From Catajapyx aquilonaris (lineage: Eukaryota): a stretch of DNA of 53,199 nt. The stretch is from the NCBI GenBank assembly GCA_000934665.2, contig KZ538239.1:62001-115199 (forward strand), read 5' to 3'. The notes beneath the pieces were generated by a model. That model was not told the DNA's origin. It did no database searches and worked only from the letters and a program-made list of their open reading frames with translations. The position numbers and the translations under genes are program-made. Below, piece by piece: positions 9,940-23,400 of the stretch; position 1 is the stretch's first letter, and every line of letters begins with the position of its first letter.

Positions 9940-10789
9940 AATGCCTGGAATTGCTGAAATCACATGGTCGTCTCACGGGACTCGCTGTTCCTTGTGGCGA
10001 ACTGGATTTCATTTGGATCCTCATATATGTGGTTGCTCATTTGCCTGGAAAGAAAATGTGCAATCATTAAGGTATAACGTGAGCATGAAATACCAAAACA
10101 TGCTGTCGTTTGAGAGAAAAAAAAATGTTATGAGGCTGGGTACTTCCATGCTAGTTAGGATCTGCAATAGTGCCAAATTATACAGCATAATTTTTCTATT
10201 CCTTTGCAATAATTCAACATTGTGTGCATTACTTTTCTTTTTATTTGTACTTCAGCACACATGCAGTAGGTTGTAAGCTATAAGAATATTTAGCAAGCAG
10301 GTAGAATTCTCTAGCATTTTGTATGTTGTGTGCGAATGATGTCCAAGCTCTTTCTTGAAAGGATAAAATGGCACCATTCGCAGGACTGCAGCATTAATTG
10401 CGACACAGAAAAGTGTCGAGAATTCTCCCGACTCAGAGTGTTTTACTTATTCTCCCCTCGAAGATTATTTATGTGTTCATGTGTATTTGACTGATGATTC
10501 ATGCAAGGCAACTGCATTCCTGCATGGTTTTAAGGGTCCAAATGTTTTCAAAACTCTTGCATAAGTGTGGGATGTCGATCCCTGTGGCTGTGAGGAGTTA
10601 TGGCTTTTCTAAGTAAGCAGTTGTAATTACCTCAAGACCAAACAAAAATTGTTTTTGAGTTTATTATCAAGTAACAGTTACAATAATGGTGCAATGCTAC
10701 TGCCAGATGCTTCAATGATTTCAAGTATAGTTAAGTATGCGACTAATTTTTTGTACTTATTGTAAATATTTTTGCAGTGCTGCCAATTT

Positions 10790-13047
10790 TCAAAGTGTTC
10801 TAATGTGTGTAATGAATCGTATTGCATACCTTCTCGCGTTGCTTTGATTGAGTACAGGTTCTTCTGTCCTCTCGTCATCTTTGTACACTGGATTTGGACG
10901 CCCACCACCATGCAGTTTCGCTGGTGTGAATGGAGGACTGAATGGCGACTCTGGCGGGGAGCTGGATCCATCTTCAAATCCAGAGGTTGGGTAGGTAGTT
11001 CCAAACTCTGGGTCATACTCCATGTAGGGAGGTGGCTGGTACTCATCATCTTCAACCTCTTCATCCATGTCACGGAACACAGTCTTGTCTAGTGTTTTTC
11101 CGTACCACTTCTGTCTCCTGGCCTCCTGCTCTTCAATCATCTTGGCCTCCTCTTGATAAACCTGGTGTTGCCTGGAAATGAAAGGAGTTAACGTAACGGA
11201 CGAAAATATTGGAGGGGCATAACTTACTCTTTTAGGTAATGTAGTCTGAGTTGTTGCCACACAAACATGAGGACTATAGAGAAGATTATGGTCATCACAA
11301 CTGCACCTACTAGCCACCACCTGTACTGCTGCTTCTCAGGGAAGATGCAAGTCTGAAAGAGCATGTAATTATCACTGCATGTGCATCTAGGTAATTAGTG
11401 GGGTCGTACCTTGTTGGTGGATAGTTCATAACCAAATTCATCCCACATCAACTTCAGTTTGTCTCCCGGAAGGGCATAAGTGTTGTTCTCACTATACGCC
11501 GCAACATGGAAGGTGACCTCAAGACAGTACCCTCCAATCCTTGGGTCTTGCCGTGTCAGAAATGCATCGCCTTGATTCAAAACTAAGTTCTTCTTCCTGA
11601 AGTAGGTTGCAAATGGAAATGTTTCGTCATCATTAATAACAACTGTTAGAAGTGATCAAAAGGCAAACTCACTCAAGTGGACTTGCAAGATCGCAAGGGT
11701 TTTCGTTGCAATATTTTACAGTCATATTGAAGAGTATTTCCTTCAGTGATTCTACAGAGTACTGGAAAGAAACAATACACATAATTTTAGAATATGCACT
11801 TTAAATCTCTAATTGTTAATCACAGCAAAATGAACTGCCAGTACCAGCACTTCCCTGAAATATTGTAATTGATCTTTTTGATATCCAGGTGGCTATAATT
11901 TTACGTTATATTTTATTTTAAAATTGAATTTCAGGTGCAGCACTTACATTCCCAACGTCTTCTTTATCGATGGCAAACTGAAAGGTGAAGTTTGGGTCGA
12001 CGTGAGGTGGTGGGGTTGGTATCGGTGGCTCTGTGGAATGTGGTGCTATTGTTGTCCATGTATCCCCTCCCGCTGCGAAGCTCAAGCAAAATCCTGTATA
12101 ATCATGATTCGGCTTGGTCTGTATCTGTGTGCGGAATGTGACCGTTGCAGCGTTGTAGAATGGCACTCGTACATGTACATCATCTAGGAGTTTCCAAGTA
12201 AGCAACAGTGCTTCTGTGTTACCAGACGAGTTTCCGGGCATAATTGTGAGATAGTCGCCATTCAAAGGATCCATGTAGAATTTCTCTTTGGGAAGAGTGA
12301 TTTCCAGCTGCTGTCCTTCATCAACTTCAATTAGCCATTCGAATCGAGTGTTTGGTGGGTATGGCTCAGGTTTGTTTGGGTCTGGGTAAGAGCAAAAACT
12401 GTTTTCTCCTATTAGCTTCGTAAAATTTGACTTGTATTCCACAAATTCAAAGTAGATGGAGAAGTTGCTCGGTCCTGTTTGAGCAGTGTCGTGGCCATCA
12501 AATTTCAACCATCCCACGTTGTCAGGTACGGCAACATACAGAACCCCATCTTGCAACATATCTTGTGTGATTGCTGCATACTGATTCTTGTCTGGATCTG
12601 TTTCCTTACCCACTGATATGGATGAAGATGGTGTGAGGTTCACCAAATCTTCACAGAACACAAAGCGGAGGTAGCTTTTTCCCTTTTGATTTTGTGTCAC
12701 ATCATTCAGGAAGATTACATTGCTAGGCTGAAAATACGTTCATACAAGTATGTACTACTCTTAACAATCATTTACTTCCAAGAAATAAGAGCTAGCACTT
12801 ACTGGTGTCATAGTCAGTGTTGACTCGATGTATCCCATTGGGTATGGGCATGCCAAATCATCTCCTAATCGACATGTCTGAGTGCTGTTGGGGGCAGGAC
12901 AACTTTCACCGGACACTAAGGATGTGTGCATACCAAATTTAATTCCAAAAGCACACTTCACTGATAAGTTAGTAACCTGTACTTACCTGAGATCAATGTG
13001 TATGTTAACAACAGGATCACAGCCCAGAATTTCACATGTTTGTCCAT
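10790..13047 (-). CDS. Uncharacterised single-pass type I membrane protein with CUB-like domain(s), about 578 aa
   Basis: Exons (minus): 12987-13047 (signal peptide MDKHVKFWAVILLLTYTLIS), 12803-12915, 11948-12727, 11673-11761, 11410-11596, 11228-11352 (TM WWLVGAVVMTIIFSIVLMFVW), 10790-11171; all GT-AG and phase-consistent. CUB-like segment CSYPDP...PYPPNTRFEWLIEVDEGQQLEITL...GDYLTI...ATVTFRT...YTGFCLSF. The last few codons are uncertain because a good donor (AG|GTATG) lies at 10829. Confidence 0.85.
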
Positions 13048-16000
13048 TATTACATTGCAGTGTGGACTGACTACAGGAAAGTTGTCTTGTCAACCTAATC
13101 AGGTGTTGAAACTCATTTGACGTCGACGACTATCACCATCTTATCTAATCAGCCATGCCGAACTAGGAATGATCGGCATATCATATGGTTTGCTCTGTAT
13201 ACCACACATAGATATCAACAAGGAAATGTGTCAGGGAAAGTACTGTACCTGACAAACATGTAAAGTGTAAGACAAAAAGGTGATGATGCCGCTTTTTAAT
13301 ACAAAACAATGCTCATATACCCAAACCTTATTCGCAATTACTGATTAGTGTGAATGTTACAAACTTTACATGCTAGAGTTGAAATCTGTTAATGTGTGCC
13401 TGCCAAGGTTTACTGACATGTTGATTACACTTTTTGTGGTAATTCGCTGCCGAATATTCAATTTGCCATTGAGCGAAGAAAGGCTAGTTCCAGGATGAGT
13501 TTTATGACCTTTTGTAATCGCTTTAAATCCAACACCACCCAGATGTACTGCTCAAACTTTGTATTTCAACGCCCTATTGTGCGAAGTGCAATTAGCACAA
13601 TGTTACCTTCACCATTATTTTTACGATTCTCAATATATTTCAAAAGGAAAACCAGCCATCTTGAAACCCCCGCATAATTTTGCCATTTGTATGCAACCTT
13701 ATAACCTTTGCTGTCGTCATGGAAGCTTCAAAATGCAAACCCTGGGTGTAATTGAAATTGTCAGTTTGCTGTACGCAATTCCGTTAAGCTAATGAGCCAG
13801 CCGGATAATTGAAGGGGCAATGCCGCTTGGAGGCAATAACAACCAATTTTCAGGCAGATTTAATGAAGGGTGTGAGCCATAATTTATTAATAAGGATCAT
13901 TTCATTCAAAGAAGAGGATTTGAAAGGTTTTGCTTGCTCAAACACGACGCGAATTTCAATGGAGGTTTTTACCGCCATGATTTAAAGCCCCTGACTCCCT
14001 ATTTGCTGTTATAATCAAACCTATTATGCTCAGTTTTTTTTTCTTTCTTGCTTGCCCATACGCAAACCTTGCAATAATTTCTGCATTCAAGATATGCCTG
14101 GCTTGGAAAACAAAGGAGAATGTCTTTATCGTTCCCTCCGAACAATGATTAACGGCCCCTTCTTATAAGCCAAGCCTTATGGTGCCCTTTTTTTTGCACT
14201 CGTTATTCAAGTTTCATTCACGCAAAACGTATTGAGTTGTTATTGATCTTGCGATATTGTGTGTCGATTTTTGCAACAATGCCCTTGCTTTGTGAAAGTC
14301 TAGGTCACCCCCATTTGTTTTTTTAAAAAAATGCATCAGGAATACATAATCAGAATGGTTTAAAATAATTTTTTTTATCGAATCCGAAATTACCCTTTTT
14401 ATAGCCTCAGATGGTCGTACTCGGGAACTCTTATTTATCCCAGTTTGACTGGTAGAGAAAGGGCAATAATCGTAAATCAATGCAGGGCGAATGCAAAAAT
14501 CACACCCTGTGTGAATATGGAAATGACGTTTTTTTTCCTCCTCTCCATATAATTTTTTTGTGAGCTAAGGGATTGAAAATGAGGGTTATTTACGTAATAC
14601 GCTTGAAACGAGGTCAAGGTTGGGGTGAATTTATTTTCGCGCAATAAACTGGATGCGAAAAACGATCAGACGTACACATTTTTAATGCCATATTATCTGT
14701 TAGTTTAGATCAAGGATGTGGTACAAAATGTGCGTGATTTTTCTCACGATTAGTTTTTTTTTAGCATCAATTCGTTTCTACGAACGTACGCACCATATGA
14801 CTCATTCTTTTTTTTTTTTTCGTCAATAATTTCAATTTAGCCTGAGGTATAAATTTACACGTACTGTATACGTCTACTTGACTGTGACACATTCCATCAA
14901 TTAAAACGAGGTGAAAAAAGGCCCGGGCGGGATTCGTGCAATAACTCACCCTAAAATGTATGTCTGAGTGATAATTTTTTTTTTTTTGAAGATTATTTAC
15001 GAGCAGCGGGAACCGAACGGAGTAATTAATTTGCCGAACAGTTTTGGTCCAATGTATATCCCCACGACCAATAGAGTTAAGAATGTCTATTCGCTTGTCC
15101 GCCTTCCAGATGAGGCTTTGTATATTTAAATTTACTGCCTGGTTATAGGGGGGGGGGGGTTAAGAAATGTATTTTCCTTCCACGAATTTGACGTCGTTGT
15201 ATTATGCAAATAATTTTTGTTCCGGTCTGGCTGAAACGCAGGTCGACTAATTTTTATGCGCTTCACCAGGAAGTTCAGATTTGCGATGGATGGTTGCAGG
15301 AGAAATAAATGTCAACTGATTAAAAAAAAACAAAAAGTCGGTATGTTGTAAGGCTGTGCTAAGCGTGTAATTTGAAATATTTCCCCCTCTATACAGGAAA
15401 CCGGAATTAATGCTTCTTACCGAAGCATAATAATTGACCAAATTATAAAGGACGGTTACATTTCAGATCAGGGAGTGAGTACCAAAAGGTGTCAAGTCAT
15501 AGTCATCGATTTTGTTTGAAAAAAAAGTGAAACCCACATCAAATTGATTTTTTAATTGGAGCAATCAGTTTTGCGATATTAAATTTAGTTATCAAGATAT
15601 CAATATTTCTCTTATGCGAACAACTGTAACCTAGTCTATGATATAGCATACGGAGTGTTGCAACAACTGAAGAAATATACGTACATAAATTTCACAGTAC
15701 AGTTATAGTTCATTATGACTTTAGAAGTAACTGCAAGGATGTTGAAAGACACTAATAATGAAAGCAAAACTACCACTTTTCATAAATTTATATCTCATTT
15801 ATCAAGAATCTATACCAGGTTTTGATATAATTTTATCACAGAACAGGTCTTTCCATTATTAAATATAAAAAAATATTGCATATTAAAAATGGCGTTTTAG
15901 AGATATTAATTTTTGAAATGTTGATACATAAAAACAAAAGTCACCGCTCCCAAATAAATTCGAATTTTACTGAATACATACCTAATTTTGATATAGCTTT

Positions 16001-17366
16001 ATAAGAGATCTCATGGTACTGTGTTATTCAAAAAATAACTATTAAATATTTAAACTGGCTTCTTCGAGAAAATATTTATTTGAACTTTGAAGTTTGCATA
16101 TTGTAGCACAATGACGAAAGTAGTTGTCACCTGACAAAAATTTGTATCTCACTTATAAAAAAATATATACCGGGTTTCGACAGTACTTCATTTTATAACC
16201 TGCCTGTCCTTGTAAAATTAAAAATTTAATTGCACGTTATGCTGTGTTTTTCATGAATGAAGTAACTATATACATGCTGAAACAATGGCAACAGGAAATA
16301 GACACTTCCCTCACGTTTCGGATTGTTCGCATGCATTCTTTAGCGTGTAATTTTGTGTGTTTGACACATATATAATACTGTAGTGATGATAATGTTGTAA
16401 CATGAAGGTGCTTATGTATATCCATTTGAAAATTATTTTCATTCCAATAATTCAAGTTCATAAAAAATCAGGAGGAGTGGATAGGCGCAACAAAGTTGAG
16501 TATTAAATGAGTGAAAGTGATTAAAACCTTTCAGGTCCTGGCACGTGCGTACATCCCTCGTACCTGACATGTTCATGCGACGTGTAACACGTCCGCCCCC
16601 AAGTCAGGTAAGACTTCTGAGGCCATCCCTTCTCATATTAATTTTCGGAGCCCACAGCTTCAACTTGGTCCGTCACGTCTCCTCGTGTTTTGTTGTGCAT
16701 GGGATGCTGGGTGGTTACTACATTTTTTCACCTCCTCGACCATAAGCTGCTTGACATATTTATTCGCCTCGAGTAAGGCCCATCACGAACGTCAGGCACG
16801 AACCATGACCTCTTGCAAAGTAGCAGTAGAAACTTCAATAGGGGAATGGAAGATGAACTTTTGTATATAAAAAAACAGGTCCAATATAATAATCGAGGCG
16901 CACTTGGTTACATCATCTTGCGCCTGGTTTGATGGCCCAGTATCCGGTTTGGGACGTGTTGGGATTTCAAGTTTAGACAAGACGTCAGCCTTTTCTCCGC
17001 ATGTACGTTACACTTTCGGACAGCTCATCAACATACCCTGGAGTAAAACTATGCATCAGTGTGTGTGCATGTCAGGCACCGTGTTATGGTGCATCTAATT
17101 TGACCTCTGCCGGCTGTGCGTTTAAGCGTAATTTATGCAGTGTCAGTACGTATCTCGGATTCCTGGGTATGATATGTCGTGTTGTTTGGCTTGGTATATA
17201 CAAATGCCACGCACGTTGTGTAGCTATCTGCATGCCATCGACATGAATGCAGCAAAGCGGGGCCTTTGCCGTTGTCTTAGGTGGTCTCACCTGACCAATA
17301 TGCGTGCATGTGAGGCAGGCGGAGACAACAATCTGAAAACTATCTAGGGGCAGCATGTCGGCTCTA

Positions 17367-17433
17367 CAGGGTGTCTCAGAACTCCACAGGACCAGAGTAT
17401 GTATATACTCAGAGGTCGTTATGAAACCACCTG
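17367..17433. mobile_element. Very short TA-flanked Tc1/mariner-type MITE remnant
   Basis: TA|CAGGGTGTCTCA...TGAAACCACCTG|TA; termini resemble those at 29887-30080 and 45385. Confidence 0.35.
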
Positions 17434-20400
17434 TAGACTTGTGTTGTACATATGCTTACTAGTGGGCGGTCGATTCTCAGTAACACAACAATCCCTGGGG
17501 GCCTTATAGACACTTGGGGCCTCCTCCTCTTGCCCTTGGTTGTGTGCCTCCCACTCTATCCAATCCCAACACCCAATGTCTCACATCCTGGAACCTGATT
17601 GGGCACATGGATTCTCTGTTATTGCCTTCTTGTCAGAGGCTGTTTAAAAAAAATAAAGAGTGTGTGGCCATTCAGTTTGGGGTGGTGAACGTTGGAAGAC
17701 TGATTCTTTTTACATGGAAGGCTGAGTTGTTTTTGTTTCATTTTTTTTAAATTGTTCGGGTGAAGCATGGGGTCTAGGAAGGCCAGTCAATGCTCCGAAA
17801 ATGGCGTGGAAGGAAGAATGGTTGAACTTAAAGGAATGGATCCGGAGGTAATTATACTCGCGAATTTCATTTTATGTGATGAACCTGCGCGCGTCCAATC
17901 TGCGGAATTTTTTCTTTTCTTGTGGCATTTTCTTGAAATTTTAACTCAAAAAGGAAATGATTTTTAACAAGAGGATTTCCTATATTATGCAAGCAAGCCG
18001 CACCAAAGATTTCTCTTGCACTCGAGAAGTATATTCGGAGTGTGAAAGAAGAAGAATATTGTGGTGTGCTGTGCCGTTATTATTATTGGGGGCGGTTAAT
18101 TGTGCGAATTCGCGAGTAATCACGTGAAAAGAGAATGGTGCTGCGTTCAATTTAACAGGCTTTAAATAGGGGAAGTAATAGATCTAAAGTTCCGGTGTGA
18201 ATCGGTCTTGACCCTGATGTGAAAGATCATACGATTACTGGAATTTAGTGGAATTATTATTTTGCTGATTTATGCAATGGTGAACTGTCCGTGTCCCTAT
18301 AGTTTAAGATAGGAATTTGCATATTATTTAGCCAAGCTGCAATCCACATTTAGCTTGTAGTGATTTCACCGGTTGCTAGTGTGAACAATCATTTTCTTGA
18401 ACTGCAGACATGTAGAGTGTTGGATATTGTGGTGTTTCTTAATCATGGCGTAGATCCACTTAGGATTAACATCATTAGTGACGCAGAGGCGTGAGGAAAT
18501 GACAAGCAGGTGGAACGAAATGCCGTGGGCTAGATGTAGATGCTGTATCTTTTTCTATCATCACTGGTGCAGAAGAAGTGATGACGAATGAGCCTAGTAG
18601 GCCTATGTATATATGCGAAGACCAATTTAATATCGCGGAGGTGCGCACTTTAAGTTCGAACCTAGTCATGTAGTACGCCAGGAAGAATAAGAAGCATGTG
18701 TGGCATTAATTACGGAAGTCTCACCTACTGTCATTGGTGTTGATGCAAATAATTGAGGAAGAATGGTCGTTTATGAATCATGGTTAATCTGTGAGACTTT
18801 GCCTTAATTCACATCCAAACGCTATTATGTCAGAATATCGGCTTTAAACTCTAAATAAGTACTGCTGTGAATATGTAATGTGCTGCACATACTGAGCGTA
18901 TTACTCAGTGTAATTTTTGAGCGGTTTTAACTTCAAAAAAGGACGTTGTATAGGCTCCACATATAGTAACCAAGTGGTGCTCTTTTTTTGTACGAAGCCT
19001 TGGGCGTCATAATGGTATGAGCCGGGAATAAAATAAAAGGATTTGTCACGGTTTGTAACCCTGAATGCGAATCTAATCCGTTTTTACGAAGTGACGTGCG
19101 AATGCGAGCCCATTTTTAGAGTAACTGCAAACTTGCATGCTCTGGCGACACGTAACTTGATTTCGAATTGCAGATGTGATGCGTAAATTATTATTCTCTG
19201 GAGTAATTCAGAACGAAAGTTTTTATATTGGTTTCCACTCTCTATCTGGGCAGATGGGAATCTTTTAGTTGAGAAATGTACAGGCGTTATAATCATACGT
19301 ATTTGAAGCAGATTTCTACGAGAAGTAATTTGCTATGCCTTAGTAAACTAACACTTGTGTGCCCAGAAGTACTTTGCAGTTATCCAACTGAAGAATGGCT
19401 TCTCCCATATACATGTCATATGATCCTATCGCAACATGCGATGGATTCACTCTGCAGAATGAAGCCATTGAACGATGTGATAAGATCTCATTTACAACGT
19501 GAAGAAGGGCCTCAACACTTCAATTGTAGAAATAAAACATGTAAAGGCGCATGAGTGCTAAAAGCATGTTATAACAATGTGATTATTGCTCTTTATTAAT
19601 TTCAAATATTAAGCATAATCCAGTAATGTTTGTTACCTCATTAGTGCACTGTACCACAGCAATGGCTTGAAAATAATATTTAAGATATTAAGATATTGGA
19701 ATTCTAAAGAACATTCCCAGCAGTCAAATCTAAAGAGAGGAACAGTCAAGCTTCCCTGTTGTACGTCGGATTTTTCCACATCGCTTCCAACTAACTTGTG
19801 TGTCACAATATCCAGGAAGTCACAAAAACCCAGGCAGCAACCAGTTGTTTTTATTTCGAATTTCCGGTTTTGCTGCCGCACAGACTTTTGACTATAAGCA
19901 AGAGAGAGAGAAAAAAGAGCTGTGCCATGTCTTTTATATTATATGCTGAGGGTTTCATGACACTCAAGTTGTCCAGCTTTTTAGAGAGAAGGGGTCCTTG
20001 ACAAGCTCTTAACTTGGCCTCTCCTGAAACCCGCCGTCAAGTGGAGATGACTTGACCCCCAAGTTCAGATGTTTCTCTGGCGCGCACAACTACTTATTTT
20101 CTAGCCGTAAAGTCCTCATGTAGGTGCCACACTTGCACCTTTATAATGTTGTACTTAAACTGGACCCAGACGGAGAATGAAGAAAAAAAAGAGCTGAGGA
20201 TAACTTATGGGACTTGGGCATAATTGAAATGGGAAAAAAAGGAACTAGATGGAAGGGTCGGGTGTCGTGGCCTATGCATCTGTCTTATCCTCCCAAACCT
20301 AGAGAGTTGAAAAAAAATAGTGAAGAAATTGTAGAGGTTTTACCCGCTGGGCCGTTTCGTTCTGCTCCGAACCTTTCAAGTTCATTTGCTTTTGTAATTT

Positions 20401-23400
20401 ATGTCCGCTTGGGTTGTGGCTCCCCAATCGCAACTTCACGTATCTGGGATTGTGAACGCTGAGGTCGTGTCCCTGCCGTCACTTACATCTGTTTCATCTC
20501 GCCCTCTTTTACTTCAGAACGTTTTTTTTATCCTTCTCGACGATGGTTGTGAACAAGGTGATTTTTTTTTCTTTCCTCTTGCCGAATTTGGACTGTAGGA
20601 ATAGGTGAATGCACTGATTCTTAGATTCTTTTAAACGTGGCTGGATTGTGCGCAGAAAATTCACATGATGATGTGTCTAAAGGTCAGGCGTAATCCTTAA
20701 CAATGTTCCTGCCTTGGTTCCTGCAGGTCAAATATGACAGATGAGCGGAATGCAGTGTTTATGCCGAAATGTCGACATTCGCCCCTTTCTCCCAATGGGA
20801 AGATTTATTTGATCGGGACATTACTGGTGGAAACGGAGCTAATTACAGGCCATGAAACGAATTTATGGGCACTCTAAATGCCATCAGTCCGTTCATGAAA
20901 ATGACCACTTATCGGGGCCTCAATCGGCAACCAGAGAGATTCCAGGCTATAAAATTTTGACGAATCTGGGATTTGTGGCATCCTATATATCGGGGGATGG
21001 GAGAATCAACTGACGCCATGATTAAAAACCTCAAGCTTTTTGAGGTTTTGTCCCTGATTGGGACACCCCCCTCTTTTTCTATATCAGAGAGGACCTTCTT
21101 AAGCCACGCCTGCTAAACCTCGTTCACAACCTTCGTGGTGTCCCAGATCAGCGTTCAAACTCCACCTCACCTCAGGCGCCGCCCCAATCAAGGATATTGG
21201 CGCCAGAGCACTCTGATAAAATGGAGGATTTTTTTTTAAAGCAATAAGATTTACCTACACATATTCCACATTTGTTCTCTTAAATTTTTTTATTCAACCG
21301 ACCCTAACTCTCAATTTGATCAGCTGTAATTGATTGATTGTGCATTGTGCGAATTTTCCTTATTTTGCTGTCATACAACCGGATTTTAAAGTGTGCAAAT
21401 CGGCATAACACAGGTTTAATGTCCGGAAACTGTAAGTCGACATTCATCAAATGCATGGCGGACTTTTATGCTAATTTATTCTTGCAGTCTGAACAAGTGC
21501 ATTTCGTAGATTTTTTTAACGAGCTGCGTTATAAATCACAGGGTATAGGTATACGACTCGATGTGTTAGTAAACCCCCAAAAAAAGGAAGTTGCAAGTGC
21601 ACAGTGCAATACGCATGGCATGCATTGTCCCATGACCCTGACGCTTATCCTTAGCTGTTGTACGTGACTGCATAAAGGAAATATGAATGTGCATATCCGT
21701 CATAATTGTGAATAGTTGGGTAAAACCGTATATTTTTCGAAAGCAAAATTATACACCCAATCCCATTATGATCAGCATAATACAGCTGCTATTTAATTGC
21801 CACATCACTGTTTTAAACCCTCTTTTTAAAGGCCTGAAATTAGTTCGAAAGCTCTTTTATTGCAGGCTTTCCGCCAGCACAGCGATCAACAGAATTTTAA
21901 TGGGCAGAGGCATCAATCATGACCACGTCTTTGTGTCCTGTAATCTGTTTGTTTGTGATGGAAAACGCCAAATTTTTTTGCGGTGTGCCCCAGACTTGAC
22001 GCCTCTAACCGCTTATTACATTTTCAATAGAGGTGTCAGATGAAAAGTGCCCCACAGTTATTTCGGCCCACACATTTGAAGGATTAGGAAGGAAAATTGG
22101 CGGTTTACGGGATGAGATAATGACGCCCCATAACTCAACACCGCTAATTTGTTAATGCGTCTGGTTCCGGTGAGCAATTTTTTGTGTGTATGTGCACATA
22201 TGTAGAGCAAGGCCAATCCTGTTCATGACTCATCTACACCCAGGTATTAGGAATCCTCCTGAAGAAAATGAGCTGATACTGCAGAATGATGCATGATGAC
22301 ACCGGTACTAAATCACACGACCATTTGCAATAAGTTTCTCGAACCCATTTTTGATCAGAAGCAGTGGTTTTTGTTTAATCAAGAACGTGAACCAGGGCGG
22401 ATTGCATTTAGTAGTTGGCACCCTAGGGCTTCATGTGCCTTAATGCACAGGACGTGTTGAACAGTGACAGAGCAAACCAGCGAGATTAATCGAGTCCAGA
22501 GGATACATACTCCTCTCTCGGGATACCCGGCAACGTGTGATTTACGATCGAGTTAGGAAGCGAGAGGACCTGTTGAAAAATCGCATGAGGAATGGCCTGG
22601 GAGCCTACTACTTAATCAACACCCTAGGCAGAAACCAAACATATTTTTTTTTTTGCACATGTTGCATCCGGCTATCTTGCTGCCCATTTTTTCGGCGGAC
22701 AAAACAGACGTGTCGGCTTATAAGAGGGGGGTTCTCAAAGCTGGTTTGGGACGCAAAGCACGTACTGAGGTCCTTCGCAGAAACAATCACTGTTTGCTCA
22801 CTCAACAGATCTGTCACTTTAGTACAGGATGAAGGTCTCGGAATACTTTGGGGACAACACAGGCTGTGTGTGTGCGTGCGTTACTTGAAAAAAAATATTA
22901 AAATGCATTCTTGGGTTCTCAGGCGCGGATTTGTTGGCAGGGCTTTATTTAGAAATAACGGAAGGAAAATGTTGTTAATTGAGACCGAAATAGCCTGCTG
23001 GGTTTTAGTGTAGGACAAGAATTTTCGGAACAGTGGGATTAATTTTATGAAGACTTATGAAGGACGTAGTTTCTGTGGCTGCGTAACAGGTGGAACGAAC
23101 TGTGGAGCGAAATATGGTCGGATTTATAATTAGGAGCAGGAACGTAAGCCACTGTCGTAAAATTAAAATTAGAAACGGTAACGGTGGATAATCACTTTAT
23201 TATGATGACATCACAGAGCTGCACTATTGTTTTGTAATGAGCGACATTTTTTATCAGAGGTCATGGTGCTGTAAACGTACTTAATGCCAGAACATATCCT
23301 GTGCAGCTTTGCAAATAAATGTATCCATAATAATCCTTACAGTTGTTGACACTAAGGACACTTGCTGATTTCGCGCACTATTTCTGCTCAGCAAGACTTG

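Noticed and set aside
12005..12065. Thr/Pro stalk of the CUB protein as a substrate for the neighbouring fukutin
   Set aside because: It lacks the dystroglycan RxRxxIxxTPT-type site; adjacency and a PPxY tail alone are not evidence.
15500..16200. AT-rich stretch with repeated gatattaa-type motifs resembling a decayed DNA transposon
   Set aside because: No termini, TSD or coding remnant could be defined.
22537..23013. 158-aa plus-strand ORF
   Set aside because: Non-ATG start, homopolymer runs, no recognisable motif or supporting splice structure.
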